Shown in pieces: positions 1 to 9,491 of a stretch of DNA of 24,000 nt. Each line of letters opens with the position of its first letter. The first letter of the stretch is position 1. A program made the translations under genes and the position numbers. This DNA is from Mycoplasmopsis equigenitalium (GTDB lineage Bacteria; Bacillota_I; Bacilli_A; Mycoplasmatales; Metamycoplasmataceae): NCBI RefSeq assembly GCF_024498255.1, contig NZ_CP101808.1, positions 423,345-447,344 of the forward strand, read 5' to 3'. The notes under the pieces were generated by a model. It searched no databases, was not told the origin of the DNA, and was given only the letters and a program-made list of their open reading frames with translations.

Positions 1-1538
1 TCGCGCATATAATGTAATAAATCAACATCGACTACTGATTTATTTGATCTAGCGTTTCTGTAAAATGGTTTTATCGCCATGATTGGTTGACCAGAAGCAT
101 CAAGTTTTAATTTTGGATTGCCTTTTTCATCGCGAACTTCTAAGCCATTTTCATCATACTCATAAACTGGTCCACTTTTAAACACTAAAATACCAGTGTG
201 GGTAACATCAAGCCCATCTAGGTCGGTTCCAACCATTACAAAATCACCTTCTTTAAAATTGTCCATAATAAATTGTTCGTTAAAAATATTGTGATTTTTT
301 GTAAATTTAATTGCTTTAAATTTGCGATGAACCGCTTTTACGCCAGGTAATCAAAATTCCGTTACTTCATCTGGTTTTTTAGGGTTTGTTTTTTTAGCAT
401 TAATATATTTTTCGACTTCAATGATTAAATCTTTATGTTTTTCTTTAGCGCCGGCGTTCATTAAATCAACAGCATTAGTTGCAATTTTGGTATTTTCAGT
501 ACCTCAATCAGTAAAGAAGTGTTTACGAGTTGTAAAATCAACTCGGCCATCAATATATCTAACTTTTACTACATTAGCAACGAATTCATCGTAGTTTTTT
601 GACATTGCAAAAGCAACAGTATAATCCAAATACGTAAAACAATCAAGACTCAACACATCAAGAACAAGCATTTCTTCGATATCTTTTTCGAAAGAACCAA
701 TCATCTTATTACCAACATAGGTTACACCTAATAGTTTTTGGGAAATGGCAGCAACCTTTTCGCCCATAGTTTTACCACTAAGAGTGTTAGCAAAAGTTAA
801 GATTTCGTCAATTTTTGCTTTAGTTTTACCACTAGGTTGTTTAATCGGGTAAAGCGTTTGTTGCATTTTAATCATTAATTGAAGACGTTTTACCAAACCT
901 GTTTTTGCTTCCTCGACACCACTTGTAATAGCGGCCTTGTTAGCATTTAAAATTCCAATTTGCTTTTTAGCATTATCAATTTCAACTTGTGTGTAAATAC
1001 CGCTACTGTTTTTGATAATAACTTCTTGTATTTCGATGTCAGCTTCAATTTTTTTTAATTCGGCTAGTTTTCCCATTTCTGGCATCATTTTTGCAAGTAA
1101 TGTTTTAGTTTCTTGACTAGCTTTTTCGAATTCATCAACTGCTTTTTGGGCAATTTTAACTAGTCTATAACCACTTGCTTCATAACCGCTTTCAAGTTTA
1201 GCGTCATCATTTTGCAAAAAACTTAAAAAAGCTTTAACGTAAGCGTTATACTCGGTTTTAACTTTTTTGATGATTCTAACTTTTTTTTCAACATCTTTTA
1301 AGTGTGTTTTAGCACTTTTAGAAAGAACTGATAAAGCATGTTCTGCTTTTTCGACGTTATTTACAAGTTTGATGTCAAGATTATTCGTATCCGCATTAAC
1401 GTAATCTACGTAATTGGTTTTGAATTGATCAATATCTTTTTGATCATGTTTCGAAACACTAGAACACGAGATCGAACATGATGCGAAGCCAATAATAGAC
1501 AACGGAATCAGTGTTACTAAAACTCTTTTTAATTTCAT
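1..1538 (-). CDS. Surface lipoprotein with an N-terminal helical region and a C-terminal DUF1460 (amidase-like) domain; 3' end runs off the window
   Basis: ATG at 1538-1536 preceded by an AGGAAGGAGAAG RBS. The signal peptide MKLKRVLVTLIPLSIIGFASC carries a lipobox Cys. Track ORF 504..1577 ends at a TGA (504-506), and reading it as Trp leaves the frame open to position 1. Motifs LDCFTYLDYTVAFAMS, RYIDGRVDFTTRKHFFTDW and GLDVTHTGI fit my memory of DUF1460/PF07313. Confidence 0.8.
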
Positions 1539-1750
1539 TATCTTCTCCTTCCTATAAATTTGTGGTATTAATACCACTAATTATATTATAGTTAGGATAT
1601 GTAAATTTTTTAACATTACGCCGTTAAAAAGATAATATTTTGTAAAATATTTTACATTTAAATTTAGGTAATTTATTCTTTTTAGATGAATAATTTAGAA
1701 TACAACTTTTTTACCTTATTCAATGATAAATCAACGTTTTTTGTTGAAAA

Positions 1751-1812
1751 AATAAAAAAAAATAAGCAGCACAAAATGCTGCTCATGGCTATAAAAAAAG
1801 CCCGAAGGGGCG
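1751..1812 (-). terminator. Two tandem rho-independent terminators downstream of the tRNA cluster
   Basis: On the minus strand, hairpin GCCC-CTTC-GGGC (1800-1811) is followed by T7. Hairpin AGCAGCA-N5-TGCTGCT (1765-1783) is followed by a T-rich run (1751-1764). Confidence 0.6.
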
Positions 1813-1824
1813 ATTTCCATCATA

Positions 1825-1900
1825 TGGTGGCTCCGGCAGGAATCGAACCAGCGACACACGGAGCTTCAGTCCGTTGCTCTACCAACTGAGCTACAGAGCC
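1825..1900 (-). tRNA. tRNA-Phe (GAA)
   Basis: Reverse complement is GGCTCTGTAGCTCAGTTGGTAGAGCAACGGACTGAAGCTCCGT...GGTTCGATTCC...GGAGCCACCA. Cloverleaf is intact, anticodon loop is CTGAAGC, and CCA is encoded. Confidence 0.93.
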
Positions 1901-1901
1901 A

Positions 1902-1978
1902 TGGCGGTCCAGACGGGAATTGAACCCGCGATCTCCTCCGTGACAGGGAGGCGTATTAAACCACTTTACCACTGGACC
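1902..1978 (-). tRNA. tRNA-Asp (GTC)
   Basis: Reverse complement is GGTCCAGTGGTAAAGTGG...CCTCCCTGTCACGGAGG...GGTTCAATTCCCGTCTGGACCGCCA. Anticodon loop is CTGTCAC. Confidence 0.93.
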
Positions 1979-1979
1979 A

Positions 1980-2056
<77 letters not shown>

Positions 2057-2093
2057 ATGTGTAAAGAATTGGCATCTATTATAAATAGATAAA

Positions 2094-2186
2094 TGGCGGG
2101 CAATGAGGGATTCGAACCCCCGCGGGCCGTGAAGCCCCTGCTAGTTTTCAAGACTAGTCCCTTCAGCCAGGCTTGGGTAATTGCCC
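2094..2186 (-). tRNA. tRNA-Ser (TGA)
   Basis: 93 nt with a long variable arm. Reverse complement is GGGCAATTACCCAAGCCTGGCTGAAGGGACTAGTCTTGAAAACTAGC...GGTTCGAATCCCTCATTGCCCGCCA. Confidence 0.9.
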
Positions 2187-2187
2187 T

Positions 2188-2263
2188 TGGTGGACCCAGC
2201 AGGACTTGAACCTGCAACCTACCGGTTATGAGCCGGGTGCTCTAACCATTGAGCTATGGGTCC
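2188..2263 (-). tRNA. tRNA with CAT anticodon, probably tRNA-Ile2 (lysidine type) rather than elongator Met
   Basis: Reverse complement is GGACCCATAGCTCAATGGTTAGAGCACCCGGCTCATAACCGGT...GGGTCCACCA. The GGACC...GGTCCACCA acceptor resembles Firmicute tRNA-Ile(CAU). Its position after Met matches the M. capricolum cluster order as I recall it. Confidence 0.75.
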
Positions 2264-2285
2264 AGTGTGCTGAATATATTCCAAA

Positions 2286-2362
2286 TGGTAGCACCGAAGA
2301 GAGTCGAACTCTTGACCTTCCGGGTATGAACCGGATGCTCTAACCAACTGAGCTACAGTGCC
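2286..2362 (-). tRNA. Elongator tRNA-Met (CAT)
   Basis: Reverse complement is GGCACTGTAGCTCAGTTGGTTAGAGCATCCGGTTCATACCCGGAAGGTC...GGTGCTACCA. Confidence 0.88.
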
Positions 2363-2366
2363 ATAA

Positions 2367-2443
2367 TGGTGGAGAGGAAGGGACTCGAACCCTCTACCTC
2401 CTGCGTGCAAGGCAGGCGCTCTAGCCAGGTGAGCTACCCCCCC
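2367..2443 (-). tRNA. tRNA-Ala (TGC)
   Basis: Reverse complement is GGGGGGGTAGCTCACCTGGCTAGAGCGCCTGCCTTGCACGCAGG...CCTCTCCACCA. The G3:U70 identity pair is present. Confidence 0.92.
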
Positions 2444-2449
2444 ATAAAA

Positions 2450-2526
2450 TGGTGAAGAAGACAGGATTTGAACCTGCGACCACTACGTCCCAAACGTAGC
2501 GCTCTGCCAAACTGAGCTACTTCTCC
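2450..2526 (-). tRNA. tRNA-Pro (TGG)
   Basis: Reverse complement is GGAGAAGTAGCTCAGTTTGGCAGAGCGCTACGTTTGGGACGTAGT...GGTTCAAATCCTGTCTTCTTCACCA. Confidence 0.9.
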
Positions 2527-2560
2527 ACGGCGTTGCATATTAAAATGATATAGCCTTGTA

Positions 2561-2566
2561 ATTATA
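2561..2566 (-). promoter_or_regulatory. Candidate -10 box (TATAAT) for the tRNA cluster
   Basis: The minus strand reads TATAAT about 35 nt upstream of the tRNA-Pro 5' end. No convincing -35 box was found. Confidence 0.35.
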
Positions 2567-2597
2567 ATATATTTTATTAATTTTTATTTAACTTTTT

Positions 2598-3845
2598 TTA
2601 CTCATTTCATTCAAACTCATAATCGTATATTTTTACGGTATCAAGTTTCTTAATTCCTAAATTATATAGTTCATTTCAAACGCCCATTTTCTCTAAAATT
2701 TTATTAAAACGGAGCAAGTTGTCGTTAGAGTTAAGCGGAATTCGTTCATATCAGTATTTAACTTTTGAACCCGAAATGATAAAAATGTTGTTTTGTTTTT
2801 CGATTTTAAACGGAGCATCAAAACTAATAAATGCTTCCTTTACTTGTTCGTTCGGTACTTCCTCGACTAAGGCGTTTTTTAGAATTTGAAGCAATTTAGC
2901 TTTTAATTCATTTAAATTTTCTTGCTTAAGTGCACTTATTGGTGTTAATTCAAGCTTAAATTCTTTCTTAAAATGAGCGATATTTTCATTTGCGTTTTCT
3001 AAATCAATTTTATTCGCGACAATTAATGTTTTTTTGCTGCCTAAATTTAATTTATAACTAGCTAATTCCTTGTTAATCATAAGATAGTTATCTTTAATTT
3101 GTTGGTAATCAAGACTAAAATCAATAATATGGGCAATTATTTTACATCTTTCGATATGTTTTAAGAATTCGATCCCCATTCCTTTTCCAGCATGAGCCCC
3201 TTTAATTAAGCCGGGTAAATCAGCGACAACAAATGTTTCACCAAAAATTTCTACCATTCCAAGTTGGGGATCAATTGTTGTAAATTCGTAATTAGCAATT
3301 TTCGGCTTGGCATTGGTAATAACTGATAAAAGACTTGATTTACCAGCGTTAGGAACTCCTACAAAACCAACATCTGCCAACACTTTAAGCTCAAGTTCGA
3401 GTTGTTTTGATTCGCCAGGCATTCCATTTTCACTTAATCGTGGCGCACTATTTTTAGCAGTTTTAAATTTAGCATTACCTTTACCGCCTTTACCGCCTTT
3501 GCAAATCAAATATGCGTTTTCGTCAATTACATCAGCAATAAGTTTTGTATTTTCAAACACTTGGGTACCAAGTGGGACTTTTACAAAAACATCTTTTCCA
3601 TTGGCGCCATAAAGATTTTTTCGTCCACCGTTTACGCCATTATTACCTTTAATATTTTTTTGAAAATAAAATTTATAAAGTGTATTCATCCCAGGTTCAC
3701 CAACAAAAAAGATGTTACCACCATCGCCGCCATCGCCGCCATCAGGTCCACCTTTATCTACGTGCGCTTCGCGACGAAAAGAGATGATGCCATCACCACC
3801 TTTACCTGCCGTTACTTTGATTCGTGTTTTGTCGATAAATTTCAT
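2598..3845 (-). CDS. obg: GTPase Obg/CgtA
   Basis: N terminus MKFIDKTRIKVTAGKGGDGIISFRRE followed by a Gly-rich Obg fold. G motifs GVPNAGKSS, DLPG and NKID are present. The track ORF stops at TGA 2751; reading three UGA as Trp adds the OCT-like C-terminal domain up to TAA at 2598-2600. Confidence 0.95.
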
Positions 3846-3874
3846 TGTTTATCTATTATATACATTATTTAGTT

Positions 3875-5032
3875 TTAATTAACATCGTTTTTATCAAGGT
3901 TAATTGTTAGAAAAACCGGACAATGATCTGAAATAAACTGGTATGGATATGATTCGGGATCGCTTGGGGGTGTTTTTTTGCTTTTAATAACATCATCGAT
4001 TCATTTTTGATCAATATAACCGTCTTTTAACGCATCATAAATTTTAATCAAACCAGGATCACTGATTAATGCATCACCCTTATAAATCATTTTGTCATAG
4101 GGATTTGCATATTTACCAAATTTATTACCAAGCGAAGTTTTTCATTCATCCAAATCTTTGGAATAAAAAGTGTATCCTGCATCAATTATTGGTTTAAAGG
4201 TAAGTGCTTCTTTTCCTAATTTAATATTAGTATCACCCATAAAAATTAGTTCGTTATTTTCACCGTCTCACTGATCAAACTCGGCCATTGCCGCACTTAA
4301 ATTAAGTGCTTCGTTGGCTTCTTGTGCGCCTATACCATCACTAAAATTTTCATTAAAATCGCTTGCTAATACTTCATCTTTTTTAGCTACACCAGGTGAA
4401 TCAAAATGACTAAAAACACAAGTAAAATCTTGGTTTGTACTTAAATCTAGAAATTTAGCACCATAAGGTGGGCGTACATAAGAGTATTTGCTAGCACTAG
4501 TGTTTTTTAAATCGAGTAAATTACTTCATGGAATATTTTCGTAAAGTTTTTCGTCAATTAACTTTAATTTACTTGCTTTATAAATGATTCCCACATGTTC
4601 GCGTTGTTGCGAATCTGCTTCAAGTCATTTATTGTTTTTTCATGCCTTGTAATCCTTGCTAGAAATTGTGTATTGTCAAACAGAAGTTGGTTGCTTTTGA
4701 TTAAGAAGTTCAATAATCGCGCTAACGCCAAGTACATCATCAATTTCTGTTAAACCAACAACATCGAAATTTTCTTTATCAATAATAGTAGAAAGCGCAA
4801 TATTTTTTAATTCTTTTTTACCATTTTGATTTTTGACGTTTCAATGCGCGATTTTTATTTTACTTAAATCTTGTGGGTTAGGTAAAGGAGTTGGATTAGG
4901 GGTTGGTGTAGGTTGTGGCTTCAAATCGGGGGTTTTGGGGCGTTTTTGTCAAAAAGGTGTACAAGAAAAGGCCATAAATAATGGTGTTATTGCTGTTAAA
5001 AGGGTAAATGTTTTCCAAGCCTTTTGCTTCAT
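3875..5032 (-). CDS. Membrane nuclease-like lipoprotein of the endonuclease/exonuclease/phosphatase (EEP) family, MnuA-like
   Basis: I translated the whole frame by hand: 385 codons, nine in-frame UGA, no TAA or TAG. The signal peptide MKQKAWKTFTLLTAITPLFMAFSC has a lipobox and is followed by a P/T-rich linker. EEP motifs VVGLTEI, FMGDTN and SDHCPVF are present. Stop is TAA at 3875-3877. The gene is absent from the ORF track. Confidence 0.8.
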
Positions 5033-5184
5033 ATCGTTAATTATATTGATTTTTTGATTTTTGATGTTTTTAAGTTTTTGAGTGAGTTTGGTCTTGTTTT
5101 ATTCATTTGTGTTTTCATAATTTTCCACATTTGCAAAAAATAAAAAATATTTTTGTGAGTTTTTGGTAATTTATGGTTTAATAT

Positions 5185-5209
5185 TGGTAGATAGTGGGAA
5201 GGAGTGGTA
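5185..5209 (+). promoter_or_regulatory. Candidate MraZ operator: three direct TGGNA repeats with 10-bp periodicity
   Basis: TGGTA(5185-5189)-gatag-TGGGA(5195-5199)-aggag-TGGTA(5205-5209) sits immediately before the mraZ ATG at 5211 and overlaps the GGAG RBS. This is the same architecture as the E. coli TGGGN x3 operator with 5-nt spacers. Confidence 0.5.
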
Positions 5210-5210
5210 A

Positions 5211-5645
5211 ATGTTTTACGGCCAATTTGACAGAACATTCGATGATAAAAACCGTGTAATGATCCCTGCGAAGTTTCGTGAACAGTTAACTTCGGTTGTT
5301 TTTGTTAGCCTTGGCCTTGAAGATGTTCTAGAATTACGTTCAGAGGCAGAATGAAACAAGTTTGCATCTGAACTTAATTCAAAAAGTGAGTTTGATCGCA
5401 ACGTAAGAACGTTTAAAAGAGCTTATTTTGCGCGTACTCAACAATTAGAAATCGATAAACAAGGCCGTATTATGGTTCCACAAACATTTATTAACCTTGC
5501 CGCTATCGGAAAAAACCTCGTCTTTGTTGGCGTTGGCAATAAAGTAGAGATTTGAGATAAAGCCAAATTCGAAAGATTCCAAAACGAAAATCCAAGTGAA
5601 AAACTGGAAACTTTAGCTCAAGCAATCTCTGATAAAGGATTCTAG
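5211..5645 (+). CDS. mraZ: Transcriptional regulator MraZ
   Basis: MFYGQFDRTFDDKNRVMIPAKFRE... plus a second DKQGRIMVPQ repeat, giving the duplicated SpoVT/AbrB-like MraZ signature. Two UGA Trp codons. Stop is TAG at 5643-5645. Confidence 0.93.
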
Positions 5646-6550
5646 TGAGTAGCGAATTACATATTCCTGTCTTATTAGATGAAGTTATCGATCAACTGAA
5701 TATTCAAGAGGATGATATCATTGTCGATTTAACAATCGGCCTTGGTGGTCATAGCTCTTGTATCCTCAAAAAGTTAAATTCAGGGCTCTTGGTCGGTTTT
5801 GATAAAGATAACTATGCTATAGAAAAAAGTAGCAACCGTCTTGGCAAAATCGGACACAATTTTAAGCTATTTAAATCAGACTATCAACACTTTAACGATT
5901 ACCTAGCACAACTTAAAATTGACAAAGTTTCTGGAATCTTAGCCGATTTAGGAATAAGCTCACCACAAATCGACATTCAAGAACGTGGCTTCTCGTACTT
6001 TCAAGATGCCCGCCTAGATATGCGAATGGATCAAGAACAAAAACTTGACGCGTATGAGGTTGTTAACAATTATCCTGTAGAAAAATTAGCCGAAATTTTA
6101 AATGCTTATGGGCAAGTGAAGCTATCCAAGCAAATTGCCAAAGCAATCGTAGAACATCGACCAATTACCACCACTGCCGAGTTAGCAACTTTAATCCGTG
6201 ATACTTACCCAAATGCGATGACACGTAAGAAAAATTTAATCAAACCAATTTTTCAAGCCATCCGTATTGAAGTAAATAATGAACTTGATTCACTCAAAAA
6301 CATGCTTAAGAAAACATTAAATTTCTTAAAAAGAAATGGCAAATTACTGATTATTACATTTCACTCCCTTGAAGACAAAATTGTTAAAGACTTTTTTGGT
6401 TCATTAATTAAACATAACGACCCCAAATTACCAGTTATGTTAAGTCAAGAATACAAAGTCAAAACTATTTACCCTTCGCAAACCGAAATCAACACAAACA
6501 AACGTGCGCGTAGCGCCAAACTTCGTGTTTTAACAAAACTAGTTGATTAA
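5645..6550 (+). CDS. rsmH: 16S rRNA (cytosine1402-N4)-methyltransferase RsmH (MraW)
   Basis: The GTG start overlaps the mraZ stop (taGTG). Sequence HIPVLLDEV...DLTIGLGGHS...DLGISSPQID..RGFSY...LDMRMD...FHSLEDKIVK matches RsmH. Confidence 0.93.
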   Translation: MSSELHIPVLLDEVIDQLNIQEDDIIVDLTIGLGGHSSCILKKLNSGLLVGFDKDNYAIEKSSNRLGKIGHNFKLFKSDYQHFNDYLAQLKIDKVSGILADLGISSPQIDIQERGFSYFQDARLDMRMDQEQKLDAYEVVNNYPVEKLAEILNAYGQVKLSKQIAKAIVEHRPITTTAELATLIRDTYPNAMTRKKNLIKPIFQAIRIEVNNELDSLKNMLKKTLNFLKRNGKLLIITFHSLEDKIVKDFFGSLIKHNDPKLPVMLSQEYKVKTIYPSQTEINTNKRARSAKLRVLTKLVD

Positions 6551-6740
6551 TTAACTTGAAGATGGATTTCTAAGATAGTTAAACACATTAATCACAAGCG
6601 ATGAAAAAGATATGAAACTTGTTTATTTAAAGAAGTAATATGTCGCTTAAAAACATTTGAGCATTTATCAAAAAACAAAGATAAAACCGTATAACCTTAA
6701 GATAACCAGGTTGGTTTGCAGTTTACTGATAAATCAACAA

Positions 6741-6768
6741 AAAAAGCAGGCTTTGGTCTGCTTTTTTG
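6741..6768 (+). terminator. Rho-independent terminator after rsmH
   Basis: AAAAAGCAGGC-TTTG-GTCTGCTTTTTT is a hairpin followed by a T-run. Confidence 0.65.
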
Positions 6769-6801
6769 ATTGTTTTTTAAATTCAATTACAATAGAAGTA
6801 A

Positions 6802-7281
6802 ATGATTAAATGATTTTTTCTTTGCAAAACAAGAATATATTCACCCTGCGATGGTGAGGTTTTATCCTTAAAATTATTAAACGATCAAATCTTTTGCGAG
6901 GGACGCTTAGGCGAAGGTGTAATGATTGAACCAGATGGTGACGAGGTTACCCTCTATGCTCCTATTAGTGGCGTTATTAGTGCCATTAATGAAACAAATC
7001 ATGCACTGATTATTTCAAATAAAAATGTTAGTGTTTTACTTCATATTGGTACACAAACTACCCAACTTCAAGGCCAAGGAATCGATTTACTAGTTAAACA
7101 AAATCAAAAAGTACGCAAAAGACAGGCACTTTTAAAATTAAATTTAGCCTACTTACAATCACATTTAGATTTCGCAGGAATTATTATGGTAGTAATTCCC
7201 GAATCAAAACGACACCGACTATCACAAATTAAATACGGTAAAATTCAAAAGAAACAATTAATTTTTAAAGCAAGTAAATAA
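6802..7281 (+). CDS. PTS EIIA(Glc)-type domain protein (stand-alone, crr-like)
   Basis: ATG at 6802 (MIKWFFLCKTRIYSPCDGEVLSL..). A UGA Trp at codon 4 extends track ORF 6922..7281 upstream. Both EIIA-Glc histidine contexts are present: TNHALII and LLHIGTQTTQLQGQG. Confidence 0.8.
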
Positions 7282-7307
7282 AAAAAGTAGCGCTCGCTAC
7301 TTTTTTT
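7281..7307. terminator. Bidirectional terminator between the convergent EIIA gene and nrdE
   Basis: A6-GTAGC-GCTC-GCTAC-T7. The hairpin is flanked by an A-run and a T-run, so it can terminate both strands. Confidence 0.7.
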
Positions 7308-7308
7308 A

Positions 7309-9450
7309 TTAAATCATACAGGTTTCACATTCAAGGTTTTCGCTACCTTCAAGTACCTCTTGACGTAATCTAACATAATAAATTGAAGAACATTTTTTAG
7401 TAAATGCTCGAATATATGCCTTGTTTAAATCACGAGTAGTTGCTTTGTCGGTCATAAATAAGGTAAGCGAAATGGCTTGATCAACGTGTTTTTGTGCTTC
7501 CGCAACTAAGTCAATAATTGGATTAGGTCCTAACTCGTAAGCTCCCTTTTCATAATATGGTAAGTTGGTATTGGTAATTTTAAAGGCTGGAACATATACC
7601 CGACCAACTTTCCCCTCTTTTCTAATTTCAACTGGTGCTACAACAGGTTGTAAACTTGGAGTACATGAGCTAAGATATGAAATTGAGCCAGTTGGTGCAA
7701 TCGCCATTAAGTGTGAATTGGCCAACCCTTCCTTCATAATTTTTTTCGAAAGTGCGATTCATTCAGCCTGAGTTGGAATATGAATATTGGCTTTTTCAAA
7801 AATATGTTTTACTTTATTTGTTTTTGGTAAATATTCATCTTCATCACATTTGGTGTATTTTTCTAAATACTTACCATTAGCATATTGACTCTCGCTAAAA
7901 CCTTTAAATTTTCCAAATTCAGATACCATTTTGTTCGATGCTTTGTAAGCATAATAAGCAACGGTGTAAAAGAAAATATTGGTAAAATCTAGGGCTTCGG
8001 GCGAATCATAATAAACACCATTAGTTGCAAGAAAACCATGCATATTCATTGCTCCCAAACCTAAGGCATGGTTAGCTTCGTTACCATTTTTAACGCTTGG
8101 TGCACTATCTAAATCAGCTTGTCGTGAAACAACATCTAGAGCACGAATTGCCCGTTCAACAACATTACTAAAATCGTCTGCTGATTCCATCATGTAAGCA
8201 ATATTTAAACTACCCAAGTTACATGAAATATCTTTTCCAATTGTTTTAAATGTTAAGTCTTGATTAAATGTTGATTCGGTTGATGGTTGTGCTATTTCTG
8301 AACAAAGGTTTGACATTACAATTCGACCTGGGTGTGGATTACGGTTATTAACCGTATCATCAAATAAAATATATGGATAACCAGACTCGAATTGTAATTC
8401 TGCTATTGTTTGGAAAATTTTTCGAGCATTAATGTATGTTTTTTTAATGCGAGGATTCTTAACTAAATTATGGTACTCTTGCGTAATTGAGATATCACTA
8501 AACGATTTACCATACTCTTTTTGAACATCATATGGTGAGAAAAGTGCCATTTCTTCGTTATTTTTAGCTAATTCAAAGGTAATATCAGGAACCACTAAAC
8601 CAAGTGAAAGCGACTTAATTCTAATTTTTTCATCCGCATTTTCACGTTTTGTATCAAGAAACGACATTACATCAGGGTGGTGCACATTAATATAAACCGC
8701 ACCAGCACCAGGTCTTTGGCCAAGTTGATTTGCATAGCTAAATGAGTCTTCAAGTAATTTCATAACTGGAATTAGCCCGGTTGCTTGGTTCTCAAGATTC
8801 TTAATTGGTGCCCCAAATTCACGTAAATTAGTTAAACAAAGTGCCACACCACCGGCGCGTTTTGATAATTGTAAACTAGTCGAAATTCCCCGAGCGATTG
8901 ATTCCATATTGTCTTCGACACGAAGTAAATAACACGAGACGAATTCGCCCCGTTGTTTTTTACCTGCATTTAAGAATGTTGGCGTCGCTGGTTGAAAACG
9001 ACCTAGCATCATATCTTTGACTAAATTGTGTGCCCGTTCAAAGTTTCCATCACCTAAAACAAGCGCGTTCATCACCACTCTGTGTTCATAAGTTTCTAGA
9101 TACTCTTGTTCGTTAAATGATTTTAAACAATATGTACTAAAAAACTTAAACGCCCCCATAAAACCAGGGAATTTGTGATTGAATGATTTTGCATACTCGA
9201 TAAGTTCAACAACTTTTTCTGTTCCATATTTTGCAATTCATTCTGGTTCATAGTAATGATTTTCAACTAAATAGAATAAACGATCTTGTTCACTTTCAAA
9301 TTTTTTCATTTTAGGCAAAACATGGTGCTTCATATATTGTTTAACTGATTCTTTATCCGATTCAAAATGGTATTTACCATTTATTTTCATACTTGCTATC
9401 GCATTTAGAGTGATGTATTCATCATCCTCTTTCATTAATTTACTGCTCAT
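7309..9450 (-). CDS. nrdE: Class Ib ribonucleotide reductase alpha subunit NrdE
   Basis: Track ORFs 7309..7737, 7759..9159 and 9238..9450 share one frame and are joined by UGA Trp codons. Class I RNR motifs are present, including NLCSEI and the C-terminal CxxC. Stop is TAA at 7309-7311. Confidence 0.95.
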
Positions 9451-9491
9451 ATAATTCCTTTATATTTCTGTTGTTTTAATTGTTATTTTCC

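Noticed and set aside
3307-3872. Plus-strand track ORFs 3307..3612 and 3561..3872.
   Set aside because: They are antisense shadows of obg. Their composition is low-complexity and they have no RBS. The minus-strand frame encodes a clearly conserved GTPase.
4833-5401. Track ORFs 4833..5057 (+), 5041..5238 (-) and 5216..5401 (-).
   Set aside because: They are antisense or out of frame relative to the table-4 nuclease lipoprotein (3875..5032) and mraZ (5211..5645). No supporting motifs were found.
6551-6740. A possible decayed ftsA/ftsZ remnant after rsmH.
   Set aside because: Only ORFs of 9-14 aa exist under table 4, and no recognisable FtsZ/FtsA motif was seen by eye. The question is kept only as a synteny note.
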